From assembly GCA_964535385.1 (NCBI GenBank), contig CAZHSY010000002.1:72939-118946 (forward strand): DNA of 46,008 nt, given 5' to 3'. Source of the stretch: an uncultured Candidatus Saccharibacteria bacterium (GTDB lineage Bacteria; Patescibacteriota; Saccharimonadia; CAILAD01; GCA-016700035). The position numbers were made by a program, and so were the translations under genes. Position 1 is the first letter of the stretch. Every line of letters begins with the position of its first letter. Below the pieces are notes generated by a model. That model was not told the origin of the DNA and ran no database searches. It worked only from the letters and a program-made list of their open reading frames with translations. Positions 7,972-16,660 of this stretch are shown in pieces.

Positions 7972-9362
7972 TCACTTTCGAAGTCGCTTCCAAGCGTTAA
8001 CTCCAAATCAGTTGGTGGCGTATTGCTTTCGATCCGTTGAGTCTGCACATGAAAACGCTTCTCAAGATAGGTTCGAGTAAACGGTTTCGCGTCCTCCGTG
8101 TAATCATTCAGACCTGTGTGTGCAGTGCTGGCGACTTCGTCAATCATCGTTATCTGGTACCCATAAGCAGCTAAGCGTTGTCTAATCAGCGTGGAGTTAG
8201 CCAGCCTACCAGTCGCATTATGCACTACGATGCGAGCGGACTCGCGCGTAATGTAACGATCGGTCAGCAGACTATGCGTAAAGTCCTGCAGGGCAGTAAA
8301 GTCGCCCTCCCCTAGCTTCGGTACTACCACACTCGCACCACCAATAGAGGTGCTATGAACCAGGCCTGTCGCCTCGTCATCTATGACTTTTGTCACTACC
8401 TTGTTGGCTGAGGCGTCTTTTAATATGCCAGCTAGATTCTGCATTTCTTCCAGCGAGAGATCTGTCTTGGCATGATTGCCAATCGTATCAAGTAGGTCGG
8501 AAACCTTAGCGGGATTGGCTAGTGTGTCGAGTGACAAAGCCTTGGTTCGCATGGCCACCAAGACTTGTTGCTGACGTGCCGCCCGGCCAAAATCATTGCC
8601 ACAATTGCCCTTGCGACAGCGAACATACTTGAGAGCCATATCACCTCGCACCACCTGTACGCCAGCCTTCATTGAGAAACCACACGCTCGGCGTTCATCA
8701 TAATCACATGGATACTCCGAGTCTTGTAGAGGAGTTGTAACATCGAGCGATACACCACCCAACGTATCAACAGCCTTCTTAAAGCCCGAAAAATCCGCTC
8801 GCGCATAGTACTGAATCGGAATGCCGAGCACATTGCTAACGACTTGGCGCGCCAGCTCCGGACCCTGTCCAGTTTTTCGCTGCTCTCCGAATGAGTGAGC
8901 CGCATTAAGCTTGTCCGATCCATGGCCGGAGATTGGCACATAAAGATCACGCGGCAGACTGATCATGGTTACAGTCTTCTCTTGTGGCTCAACACTGGCT
9001 ACTAGCACAGTGTCACTGAGTAGTGAACCGGCATGGGTGCTGTCCCCGACCCCTAGCAACAAGATATTCACCCTCTGACCACCTTCTCGTTGTAGTTTCG
9101 ACAACGCAGGGTCAATTGGTGCTTGGTTTTGTAGAGCCTCAGCTCGAGCTCCAGTGTGCTCAGCTAGAACATGGCGCATAGCCCACCAAGACTTGAAGGC
9201 CATTATCCCAACAATACTAATAATTAGAGCAATGCTACCAAGCGCCACCCCCACAAGAACTCGTTTTTTACGATCACGGCGATGATAATCATCTGGTGTA
9301 ATTCCAGCCGCGATAGGTGATGATGACGGCGGCACCACTGGGTTTGGCCGTTTCTTAAGCAT
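7959..9362 (-). CDS. LytR-CpsA-Psr (LCP) family cell-wall glycopolymer ligase with a C-terminal LytR_C domain
   Basis: N-terminal TM segment, then VNILLLGVGD...LSDT...SLPRDLYV...KLNAAHSFG. Start set to ATG 9362, which sits 6 nt after TATACT (9369-9374). Confidence 0.88.
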   Translation of the reverse strand: MLKKRPNPVVPPSSSPIAAGITPDDYHRRDRKKRVLVGVALGSIALIISIVGIMAFKSWWAMRHVLAEHTGARAEALQNQAPIDPALSKLQREGGQRVNILLLGVGDSTHAGSLLSDTVLVASVEPQEKTVTMISLPRDLYVPISGHGSDKLNAAHSFGEQRKTGQGPELARQVVSNVLGIPIQYYARADFSGFKKAVDTLGGVSLDVTTPLQDSEYPCDYDERRACGFSMKAGVQVVRGDMALKYVRCRKGNCGNDFGRAARQQQVLVAMRTKALSLDTLANPAKVSDLLDTIGNHAKTDLSLEEMQNLAGILKDASANKVVTKVIDDEATGLVHSTSIGGASVVVPKLGEGDFTALQDFTHSLLTDRYITRESARIVVHNATGRLANSTLIRQRLAAYGYQITMIDEVASTAHTGLNDYTEDAKPFTRTYLEKRFHVQTQRIESNTPPTDLELTLGSDFESEWLQ

Positions 9363-9440
9363 AAGGATAGTATACCCTACCTGTTGAATAAAAAAATAGA
9401 TCGCACCCAACTCCCAAACCCGCTATAATAGCCTTTGATT

Positions 9441-10220
9441 ATGCCTCCAACGCAACCACCAACACCTCAGCCAGCACCAGCCGATCAGCCAGTGTCGCAA
9501 CTGTCCACACCGACACCACTGACAAGCCCGACAGTACCACCCCCCACCCCTACTGTGGGAGTCGTGCCACCGGAGCCGCCAGCAGATACAACAAGCGACG
9601 AACCAACTGACCCACCACTCTGGCGACGACTGCTTGGCTTTACTATATCTTGGATTCTTATCCCGGGACTGTTAGTCTTTATCATCCACAACTTTGTCTT
9701 CCAAGCCTGGTATGTAGATGGCGAGTCAATGGAACCAACCTTGCAAAATGGTGATTACCTGATTGTATCGAAGTTCGATGTCACCTGGCACAAGGTTACC
9801 AACTCAGCAGATAAGCTTGATCTGTCCCGTGGCGATATCGTTATCTTCCAGCCCCCCACCACCTCTTCTGACGTTCATTATATCAAGCGCGTTATCGGCC
9901 TACCTGGGGAGACCGTACAGGTTAAGGATGGCAAGATTACGATCTTCAATACCGAGCATCCAGATGGTTTTATTCTCGACGAACCCTACGTCGGTGGGAT
10001 CGCCCTGGAGGGCGATGTTAAAACGACCGTTCAGCCCGGCGAGATTTTTGCTGTTGGCGACAATCGTAATCGTAACGCCAGTCTAGATTCTCGCATCATT
10101 GGCCCGATCCCTATCAATCACATCATTGGCACAGCCAGCTTACGGCTCCTGCCGACCAGTCAATTCGGCAGCCTTACTCACCCTTATTACAGTACCAGCA
10201 CCGCACCTAGCAAGAGCTAG
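9441..10220 (+). CDS. lepB: signal peptidase I with a Pro/Thr-rich N-terminal extension
   Basis: GESMEPTL (Ser box), GDIVIF, YIKRVIGLPGETV (Lys box), GDNRNRNASLDSR. TATAAT at 9424-9429, 11 nt before the ATG. Confidence 0.9.
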   Translation: MPPTQPPTPQPAPADQPVSQLSTPTPLTSPTVPPPTPTVGVVPPEPPADTTSDEPTDPPLWRRLLGFTISWILIPGLLVFIIHNFVFQAWYVDGESMEPTLQNGDYLIVSKFDVTWHKVTNSADKLDLSRGDIVIFQPPTTSSDVHYIKRVIGLPGETVQVKDGKITIFNTEHPDGFILDEPYVGGIALEGDVKTTVQPGEIFAVGDNRNRNASLDSRIIGPIPINHIIGTASLRLLPTSQFGSLTHPYYSTSTAPSKS

Positions 10221-10253
10221 TGAGCCTCACATTAATAACCATCTCTAAATTAT

Positions 10254-11150
10254 TTAGAGCAAATCTTCGCCGGTTATCTGTTCGACAAGACGGCCTAGTT
10301 CTTCCTCGGAGAAAAAGCGAATATGCAGCTTTCCGCCCTGAGCATTCTGTGTGATCGAGACCTTCGTGCCAAGATACTTCGTCAAGCCATCACTCACCCC
10401 ACGAAAAGCCGAGACTCGCTTCTCTGACCGATCCGTATTGAGCTCCTTGTCTTGCTTGTAGTTCCGAGCCAACTCTTCGGCCTGACGGACTGTTAGTTCT
10501 TTGTTAATAATCAGATCTAGAAGCTTCTTCTGTTGTTTTGGATCATCAATCCCAAGCAATGTTCGAGCGTGACCTTCAGTAATCGAGCCGTCCTGCAGGG
10601 CCTTCTTCACGTCATAAGGCAGCTTAAGCAGGCGTAACAGATTACTGACCGCACTGGCCGATTTACCAACCCGAGCGCTAATCTGTTCAGGGGTAAGATT
10701 AAATTGATCACCCAGTTTCTGGTAAGCCACTGCGAGCTCCAGGACAGTCAGGTCAGCCCGCTGAATATTCTCTACTACTGCTACCTCGAGCTGGTGCTGA
10801 TGATCAACACTACGCAATATTGCTGGCACTTTTTTCAAGCCAATCAATTGAGCCGAACGCAGACGACGCTCTCCAGCTATAAGCTGATAACCACCCTTCG
10901 TCTTGGTTACCACCAGTGGCTGAACAATTCCATGCTCCTTAATAGAGGCCGCTAAATCAGCTAGGTCATCCTGAACAAACTCTTTACGCGGTTGGAACGG
11001 ATTTGGTTCAATTTGATCAATCGGTATCTGCACCACTGCATCATCGTGCAACTCAAGTGTCTCTGATACCTCTTGTGCAGCTACCTCATCTATTTTGGTT
11101 GGAATGAGGGCATCCAAGCCCTTTCCTAACCGTGAACTAGGCTTTGACAC
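10254..11150 (-). CDS. parB: chromosome partitioning protein ParB/Spo0J
   Basis: ParB box IAGERRLRSAQLIGLKKVPAI plus HTH region. Overlaps parA by 14 nt. Confidence 0.93.
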   Translation of the reverse strand: MSKPSSRLGKGLDALIPTKIDEVAAQEVSETLELHDDAVVQIPIDQIEPNPFQPRKEFVQDDLADLAASIKEHGIVQPLVVTKTKGGYQLIAGERRLRSAQLIGLKKVPAILRSVDHQHQLEVAVVENIQRADLTVLELAVAYQKLGDQFNLTPEQISARVGKSASAVSNLLRLLKLPYDVKKALQDGSITEGHARTLLGIDDPKQQKKLLDLIINKELTVRQAEELARNYKQDKELNTDRSEKRVSAFRGVSDGLTKYLGTKVSITQNAQGGKLHIRFFSEEELGRLVEQITGEDLL

Positions 11151-11895
11151 GTTCTAATATCTCCTTTGCTAATGCCTTATACGCACGTGCGCCCTTACTG
11201 AAGCGATCATAGTCAATAATGGCCTTGCCATGACTTGGTGCCTCAGCTAAGCGAATATTACGCGGGATCACTGTCGAGCATACCATATTCGGAAAGTGCC
11301 GCTCGACTTCCTGGGCCACCGCGGCTGAGAGCGAAGTCCGCGCCGCAAACATCGTTAGCACTACACCTAGGAGGCTTAGGTCGGGATTAAGAGCTTGCTT
11401 AACCAGCTGCATGGTATTGAGGAGCTGCCCGAGGCCTTCTAAGGCATAATATTCGGCCTGCACAGGGATCAACAGGCGATCAGCCGCTGTTAAGCCATTC
11501 AGCGTTAAAAGGCCAAGCGATGGCGGACTATCAATCAAGGCCAGATCATAATCCAGGCTAGCTAGAGCTAATTTGAGCTGCGATTCACGCTGAGGCATGG
11601 CAGCCAACTCAACCTCGGCGGCAGCCAGTTCAGAAGCAGCTGGTAAAATATCAAGGTTTTTGTACTGCGTCTTACGGATGGCATCCGCAACTGGCTGCTG
11701 ACGTATCAGCACATCGTAGAGACTAGCCGACAGCTGGGTTTTATCAACCCCCACTCCGGACGTTGCATTAGCCTGTGGGTCGAGATCGACTAATAAAACT
11801 CGCTGCCCCGCCTTAGCTAGGTAGGCTGCGAGATTGATAGTTGTGGTGGTTTTACCTACTCCACCCTTTTGATTGGCAACTGCTATAACTCGCAC
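11137..11895 (-). CDS. parA: chromosome partitioning ATPase ParA/Soj
   Basis: Deviant Walker A NQKGGVGKTTTTINLA. GTG start preceded by AAGGAGG. TATAAT at 11939-11944. Confidence 0.94.
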   Translation of the reverse strand: MRVIAVANQKGGVGKTTTTINLAAYLAKAGQRVLLVDLDPQANATSGVGVDKTQLSASLYDVLIRQQPVADAIRKTQYKNLDILPAASELAAAEVELAAMPQRESQLKLALASLDYDLALIDSPPSLGLLTLNGLTAADRLLIPVQAEYYALEGLGQLLNTMQLVKQALNPDLSLLGVVLTMFAARTSLSAAVAQEVERHFPNMVCSTVIPRNIRLAEAPSHGKAIIDYDRFSKGARAYKALAKEILERVKA

Positions 11896-12107
11896 TGGCG
11901 AGTACCCTCCTTTATCCTCAAACTAGTAACTCCCTACATTATACAGGCCTATCTGTTAGGACTCCACTATGAAACTTTTATTAAACCAGCGCTTCTCCCT
12001 TTACTTGCAGACTATTTTTTGATACTCTTATATATTGTTTCTTCACTTTTAGACCAAGTGAAGCAATCCATATCTAAAGTAAATCTAAGTGAAGTAGAAA
12101 GAAGTAT

Positions 12108-12425
12108 ATGCTCGCAGTTATCGAAACCGGATCAAAACAGTTCCTCGTAGAGCCTGGCCAAACTATTCGCACTGAAATTCTCGGCCGTGAACAGGATAAG
12201 GCCAAGACTACTTTTGAGCCCCTCTTGATTATCGATGGGGACAATGTTCACATTGGCACCCCTACTGTCAGTGGCGCCAAGGTCGTTGCAGAAATTAAAG
12301 AAGCTGACGTCAAGGCTGACAAAGTAGCCGTGCTCAAATATAAGCCAAAGAAGCGTGAAAAGACCCTGCGCGGACACCGCCAGCGCTATAGCCTGCTAAC
12401 CATCCAGACCATCACTGCTCCGTAA
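12108..12425 (+). CDS. rplU: 50S ribosomal protein L21
   Basis: MLAVIETGSKQFLVEPGQTI...KYKPKKREKTLRGHRQ is the typical L21 pattern. Confidence 0.94.
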   Translation: MLAVIETGSKQFLVEPGQTIRTEILGREQDKAKTTFEPLLIIDGDNVHIGTPTVSGAKVVAEIKEADVKADKVAVLKYKPKKREKTLRGHRQRYSLLTIQTITAP

Positions 12426-12440
12426 TTTCTCTGAGAAGAC

Positions 12441-12500
12441 AGATAAACCCGTTTGCTTTTCCGCCAGTCTATTAAGGTGGCAAGGCAAGCGGGTTTATCT
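12441..12500. terminator. 60-nt hairpin between the convergent rplU and lipase genes (bidirectional terminator candidate)
   Basis: AGATAAACCCGTTTGC (12441-12456) pairs with GCAAGCGGGTTTATCT (12485-12500), with one G.U. The inner extension also pairs. Confidence 0.6.
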
Positions 12501-12519
12501 ATTTCTATAAAAACGTAGG

Positions 12520-13923
12520 CTATGGACAATTTTGTGGCACAGCATCACCACTATCAACCGCTTTCATCCAGTTGAGCGTATCTTGAAAGCTTTTCGCCAT
12601 CGTGTTGTAGTGAGTTGCATCCCCATACTCTCGGAAAGTCACACTATTCCCTAACTGACATAGTCGCTTACGAGCCGTCTCTGATTGACTTGGAAAGATT
12701 ACATTATCAAGCTTACCCTGGTTAATAAGTTTACGACTCGAAGTCTTAACGTCAGCTGCAAGATTTTGTACTAATCGATCATTGAAGGTCGGTACAAACT
12801 GAGCCAGCGTACCGTCACGCATAGCTTGAATAAATGCCGGAGTGTAGACCTTATTGATATCTTTGTTACCCCAATACTGGATGTTCGTATCGATACAGTT
12901 CTTAGCAATATCAGTTTTAAGATCCTGACTATACGGGGGCTGCAAAATCTTATCAAGTGGGTAGACCTCATTATACCAATCAGCATAGCTATAGAGTGCA
13001 TACGGGCCAAACCACAAGATATTGGCGCCACGCGTCACGTCTGTCAGCGTCGTCTTGACATCCGTCACTGGACCAAAACCAACAACTCCCTTAATCGTTA
13101 GCTCGGGAGCATACTGGGCAGCCTGGCGATCAGCCCAGAAAGCTGCATGACCACCCTGTGAATACCCCGCCACGAAAATCTTGTCTAGAGCTGCTGATTG
13201 GCCTGTAAGGTCTAGATTATGTACGGCTCGTACAGAATCTAGAACGGCTCGGCCTTCGAGAGCTCCAACCATATAATGATGCATCCGTGCCGGATCACGC
13301 ATACCTTCATAGTCAGTGACTACGGCTACATAGCCCTGAGCTGCGTAAGCTGCCATATGCGAGGCATAATTAGCCCAGTTTCGCTTAACCGGATTCTCTA
13401 CCGAAGCCGCACACTGATCATCAATACCAGTCGTACCAGGGGCAAACGCAAAGACCGGCAGCTCTGATCCTTTCGTAACCACTGGTACATAGACTCGCCC
13501 GTAGACGTTCACGATCGTACCGTTCGTATCTTCCATGGTATAGCGAAAGAGCTGAGACTTCAGCGCAGGTGGTGTGCCCTGGTAGTTCGGGTTAGCCTGA
13601 CGAATTAGCTCTCGAGCCTGCTCTGGTGTGTAGTCTTGTATCGTGCCTTGATCAACAATTTTACCTGTCGTGGCAGCAGGCTCATTACGCTTGTGTGTAA
13701 CCTGCGAATCAACCGCAGTCCGAGAAATGACGTGCGGGCGAGCCTGCCACAGCCACCAACCGAGCCCAAGCGCCACAACCACTACCAACCACAGCACCAA
13801 GCTCTTCCAGCCGAAAAGATTACGCGTCGAACGGCCTGGCTCACCACGCCGACCAAACGACATCGAATCGTACTGACGTTGCTTCACAAGCCGCTTGACA
13901 CGCTTCTGGCGGACTGCCTTCAC
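12520..13923 (-). CDS. membrane-anchored secreted alpha/beta-hydrolase, secretory-lipase (LIP)-like
   Basis: N-terminal TM (LVLWLVVVVALGLGWWLW). Nucleophile elbow GYSQGGHAA. GTG start in a GTGA overlap with the GNAT stop. Confidence 0.75.
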   Translation of the reverse strand: MKAVRQKRVKRLVKQRQYDSMSFGRRGEPGRSTRNLFGWKSLVLWLVVVVALGLGWWLWQARPHVISRTAVDSQVTHKRNEPAATTGKIVDQGTIQDYTPEQARELIRQANPNYQGTPPALKSQLFRYTMEDTNGTIVNVYGRVYVPVVTKGSELPVFAFAPGTTGIDDQCAASVENPVKRNWANYASHMAAYAAQGYVAVVTDYEGMRDPARMHHYMVGALEGRAVLDSVRAVHNLDLTGQSAALDKIFVAGYSQGGHAAFWADRQAAQYAPELTIKGVVGFGPVTDVKTTLTDVTRGANILWFGPYALYSYADWYNEVYPLDKILQPPYSQDLKTDIAKNCIDTNIQYWGNKDINKVYTPAFIQAMRDGTLAQFVPTFNDRLVQNLAADVKTSSRKLINQGKLDNVIFPSQSETARKRLCQLGNSVTFREYGDATHYNTMAKSFQDTLNWMKAVDSGDAVPQNCP

Positions 13924-14438
13924 GATACCTCTCCCATTAATATAAGTGCATCATCGAGCTGATAATGCATGACCGTCATTGGTACACCGCCTGATTGCAG
14001 GTTGGTTGGGATGACAGCAAACCCCAGCTGTTGATAAAAATCCATTTTATTATGCGTCACCAAGCGTAAATCCTTAATCCCCCGACGACTCAAATGCCCC
14101 AAGGCAGCCTTTACGATTGCACCGCCGTGACCTTTACCGCGCCAACCCGGTTCGATATACATCCAGTGCAAGAAGGCAGCCTCTCGGCCCTGTCGACGGA
14201 TAAGATTATAGCCAACTACACGACCATTTTCGTCCTTTACAATAAAAAACATACTGTCCAGGGAGACGAGCGCCCGCACAAAACAAACTCTGGAATGTTG
14301 CTCCAAGAGTTGTGTGCGGTACTCAGGTGTAAAATACTGAAAATCTTCAGCCACGCTCTGAGTAAACAGGCCTGTTAGACGTGAGGCGTGCCAGGGCCGA
14401 GCCCGACGGATGTGCAAATGGGACGAAGTAGTTGACAT
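13920..14438 (-). CDS. GNAT-family N-acetyltransferase
   Basis: Acetyl-CoA motif A: WMYIEPGWRGKGHGGAIVKAAL (R/Q-x-x-G-x-G/A). Confidence 0.82.
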   Translation of the reverse strand: MSTTSSHLHIRRARPWHASRLTGLFTQSVAEDFQYFTPEYRTQLLEQHSRVCFVRALVSLDSMFFIVKDENGRVVGYNLIRRQGREAAFLHWMYIEPGWRGKGHGGAIVKAALGHLSRRGIKDLRLVTHNKMDFYQQLGFAVIPTNLQSGGVPMTVMHYQLDDALILMGEVS

Positions 14439-14441
14439 GAA

Positions 14442-15050
14442 TTACGGACGCCGCAAGATGACTCGGTTGCGACCGCCCTCCTTGGCTTCATAGAGTGCCG
14501 TATCAGCCCGCTTCAACACTACTTCGAGAGTCTCGGTTGTAAGCTCAGCCACACCAATACTCACCGTCACCTGTAAGGTTTTTTGCTTGGCTAACTCAAA
14601 CTTATGCTCAGCAATTCGCTGTCGTAACTTCTCAGCCACCCGCATAGCGTCATCGGCATCTGCCCCGGCTAAACCGACCACAATCTCTTCGCCGCCATAG
14701 CGACCGACCACATCGAGATTGCGCACTTCTACGCGAATCAAATCGCCAAGCTGAGCTAAAACCAGATCTCCAGCCGCATGACCGTAGGTGTCATTGACAA
14801 GCTTAAAGTGGTCAACGTCAACGAACAAGACTGAGAGGTGCTTGATAACTACTTTCTTACGCTTATCTTGATGCTCATGATAGAAACGAACCTCCTGGGC
14901 CAGAATCTCAAGGCGCTCCATTAGGCCCTGACGGTTTAAGATATTCATAAACTCGTCGGTCACTAAGCGCTCTTCAAGTGTATCGATCTCAGCTTGCAGT
15001 TGAGCTATACGGCGTTTATACCAAGTAACACTACGTTCCGGCTCGGTCAC
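14442..15050 (-). CDS. diguanylate cyclase (coiled-coil plus GGDEF domain, no sensor domain)
   Basis: LFVDVDHFKLVNDTYGHAAGD, active-site GGEEI, and an I-site RNLD five residues upstream. GTG start in a GTGA overlap with the trxB stop. Confidence 0.88.
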   Translation of the reverse strand: MTEPERSVTWYKRRIAQLQAEIDTLEERLVTDEFMNILNRQGLMERLEILAQEVRFYHEHQDKRKKVVIKHLSVLFVDVDHFKLVNDTYGHAAGDLVLAQLGDLIRVEVRNLDVVGRYGGEEIVVGLAGADADDAMRVAEKLRQRIAEHKFELAKQKTLQVTVSIGVAELTTETLEVVLKRADTALYEAKEGGRNRVILRRP

Positions 15051-15997
15051 GCGGCCGGCTCCGCCACAAGTTGATCTTGAAGATAGTGCTCAGCCGCTAA
15101 AGCTGCTCGACAGCCGTCGCCAGCTGCCGTGATTGCTTGACGGTACTTCGGATCGGCTACATCACCAGCTGCAAAAATACCCGGCTGGCTGGTGTAAATC
15201 ACATCACGAGTTTTAACATAGCCTTTCTGATCGAGCTCAACGACGTCTTTTACGAAAGCTGTAGCTGGCGTGTGGCCAATGGCGACAAACAGCCCCTGGC
15301 AATCCAACTTCGACTTCTTATCCGTCTTGAGATTTGTGAGCTCAAGTGCGTCGACGAAGCTCTCGCCAAATACGTCGGTTACGGCCGTATCCCAGATAAA
15401 CTCAATCTTAGAATGCTGCCTCGCTCGGTCCTGCATAATCTGGCTGGCTCGCAAGTTATCGCGCCGATGTACGATGTAGACTTTGCTAGCAAAATTCGTC
15501 AGTGTTAGCGCCTCTTCCATCGCGCTATCGCCACCACCCACGACCACGACTGCCTTATCCTGGAAGAAATAACCATCACAGGTTGCACAAGCCGAGATCC
15601 CTCGCCCCATCAGGCGTTGTTCGTTAGGAAGATTCAGCCACTGAGCCTGCGCACCCGTGGCAATAATGACACTACGAGCCTGAATGGTTTGCTCCTTTAG
15701 CTTCAGGATATGTGGCTCGCCTGGAGTGATCGCTTCGACGAAGTCTTGTACCAGCTCAGTACCAAAGCGAGTGGCCTGCTCCTGCATCTGCTCCATGAGC
15801 TCTGGCCCTAATATACCCTTCGGGAAGCCTGGGAAATTCTCCACCTCAGATGTTAATAATAGCTGTCCACCTGGAACATCGCCAGTCAGAAGCACTGTCT
15901 TCAGTGATGCGCGTGAAGCATACAAGGAAGCTGTATATGCTGCTGGACCGCCGCCTATTACCGCCACATCAAAGACCATTTCAGTTGTCGTACTCAT
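15047..15997 (-). CDS. trxB: thioredoxin-disulfide reductase
   Basis: FAD motif VIGGGPAAYTA, redox CATCDG, NADPH motif VVGGGDSAMEEA. GAGGTG lies upstream of the ATG. Confidence 0.94.
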   Translation of the reverse strand: MSTTTEMVFDVAVIGGGPAAYTASLYASRASLKTVLLTGDVPGGQLLLTSEVENFPGFPKGILGPELMEQMQEQATRFGTELVQDFVEAITPGEPHILKLKEQTIQARSVIIATGAQAQWLNLPNEQRLMGRGISACATCDGYFFQDKAVVVVGGGDSAMEEALTLTNFASKVYIVHRRDNLRASQIMQDRARQHSKIEFIWDTAVTDVFGESFVDALELTNLKTDKKSKLDCQGLFVAIGHTPATAFVKDVVELDQKGYVKTRDVIYTSQPGIFAAGDVADPKYRQAITAAGDGCRAALAAEHYLQDQLVAEPAA

Positions 15998-16075
15998 ACC
16001 ACCTCTTTTCTACAATCAAATATCAAAATGACACCAATCACTAGCAAATAACATGTACCTTAGCTTCTATTATAC

Positions 16076-16660
16076 CTACTTTACAATGGCTTGTGTGGTA
16101 TCACCATTACAAGTATCGGCGCCCCATAGGCCACGCCCCTGTTCACGAGCAGCTTGCTCGGCAGCCCGAAAGTCAGACTGATATTTGTATGGATTTGATT
16201 GATAGGTGTACTCATGGCCATAGCCCTCAGTGATCAGGGTATGATTGATGAATAAATTATCACTCGCACGAAAAACATAGGCCAGCAGTCGGTTGTAGCG
16301 GTCTCGATCACCCTGCGTGACATCTACCTCTAGTCGTACGCGTTGCCCCTCCAACTGACTCTTGGTCCAGTTTGAGGCTTCCTTGCCAAAACACTGTACC
16401 GGCTTGCGCGGATCCTTCGTCTCCGGCGTATCAACACCGATTAAGCGAACCGTCTCCTCTTGACCATTTTGATTCACGACAATTGTATCGCCATCATTGA
16501 TGCGCACTACCGCCAAGCCATCGGTTGGAGCTGTGCTCGTGCTAGCTGGAGTAGTCGGGTTAGCCGGTAGAGCTCGAGCCGCCACCACCGCAGTAGCCAG
16601 GCTCATGAATGCAATAACAAGCCGTTGAGTTTGACGCTTGGTTAAAATTCGATGGCTCAT
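16076..16660 (-). CDS. secreted thermonuclease (staphylococcal nuclease/SNase family)
   Basis: Signal-like N-terminus, then NDGDTIVV...VRLIGVDTPE...FGKEAS...DRYNRLLAYV...GYG. Start ATG 16660 forms an ATGA overlap with the rodA stop. The longer ORF to 16960 overlaps rodA out of frame and is rejected. Confidence 0.85.
   Translation of the reverse strand: MSHRILTKRQTQRLVIAFMSLATAVVAARALPANPTTPASTSTAPTDGLAVVRINDGDTIVVNQNGQEETVRLIGVDTPETKDPRKPVQCFGKEASNWTKSQLEGQRVRLEVDVTQGDRDRYNRLLAYVFRASDNLFINHTLITEGYGHEYTYQSNPYKYQSDFRAAEQAAREQGRGLWGADTCNGDTTQAIVK

Noticed and set aside
11912-11920. oriC next to parAB (DnaA-box-like TTATCCTCA)
   Set aside because: Only a single one-mismatch box is present in the 212-nt parA-rplU spacer. 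There is no cluster of boxes, no dnaA or dnaN nearby, and no obvious AT-rich unwinding repeats.
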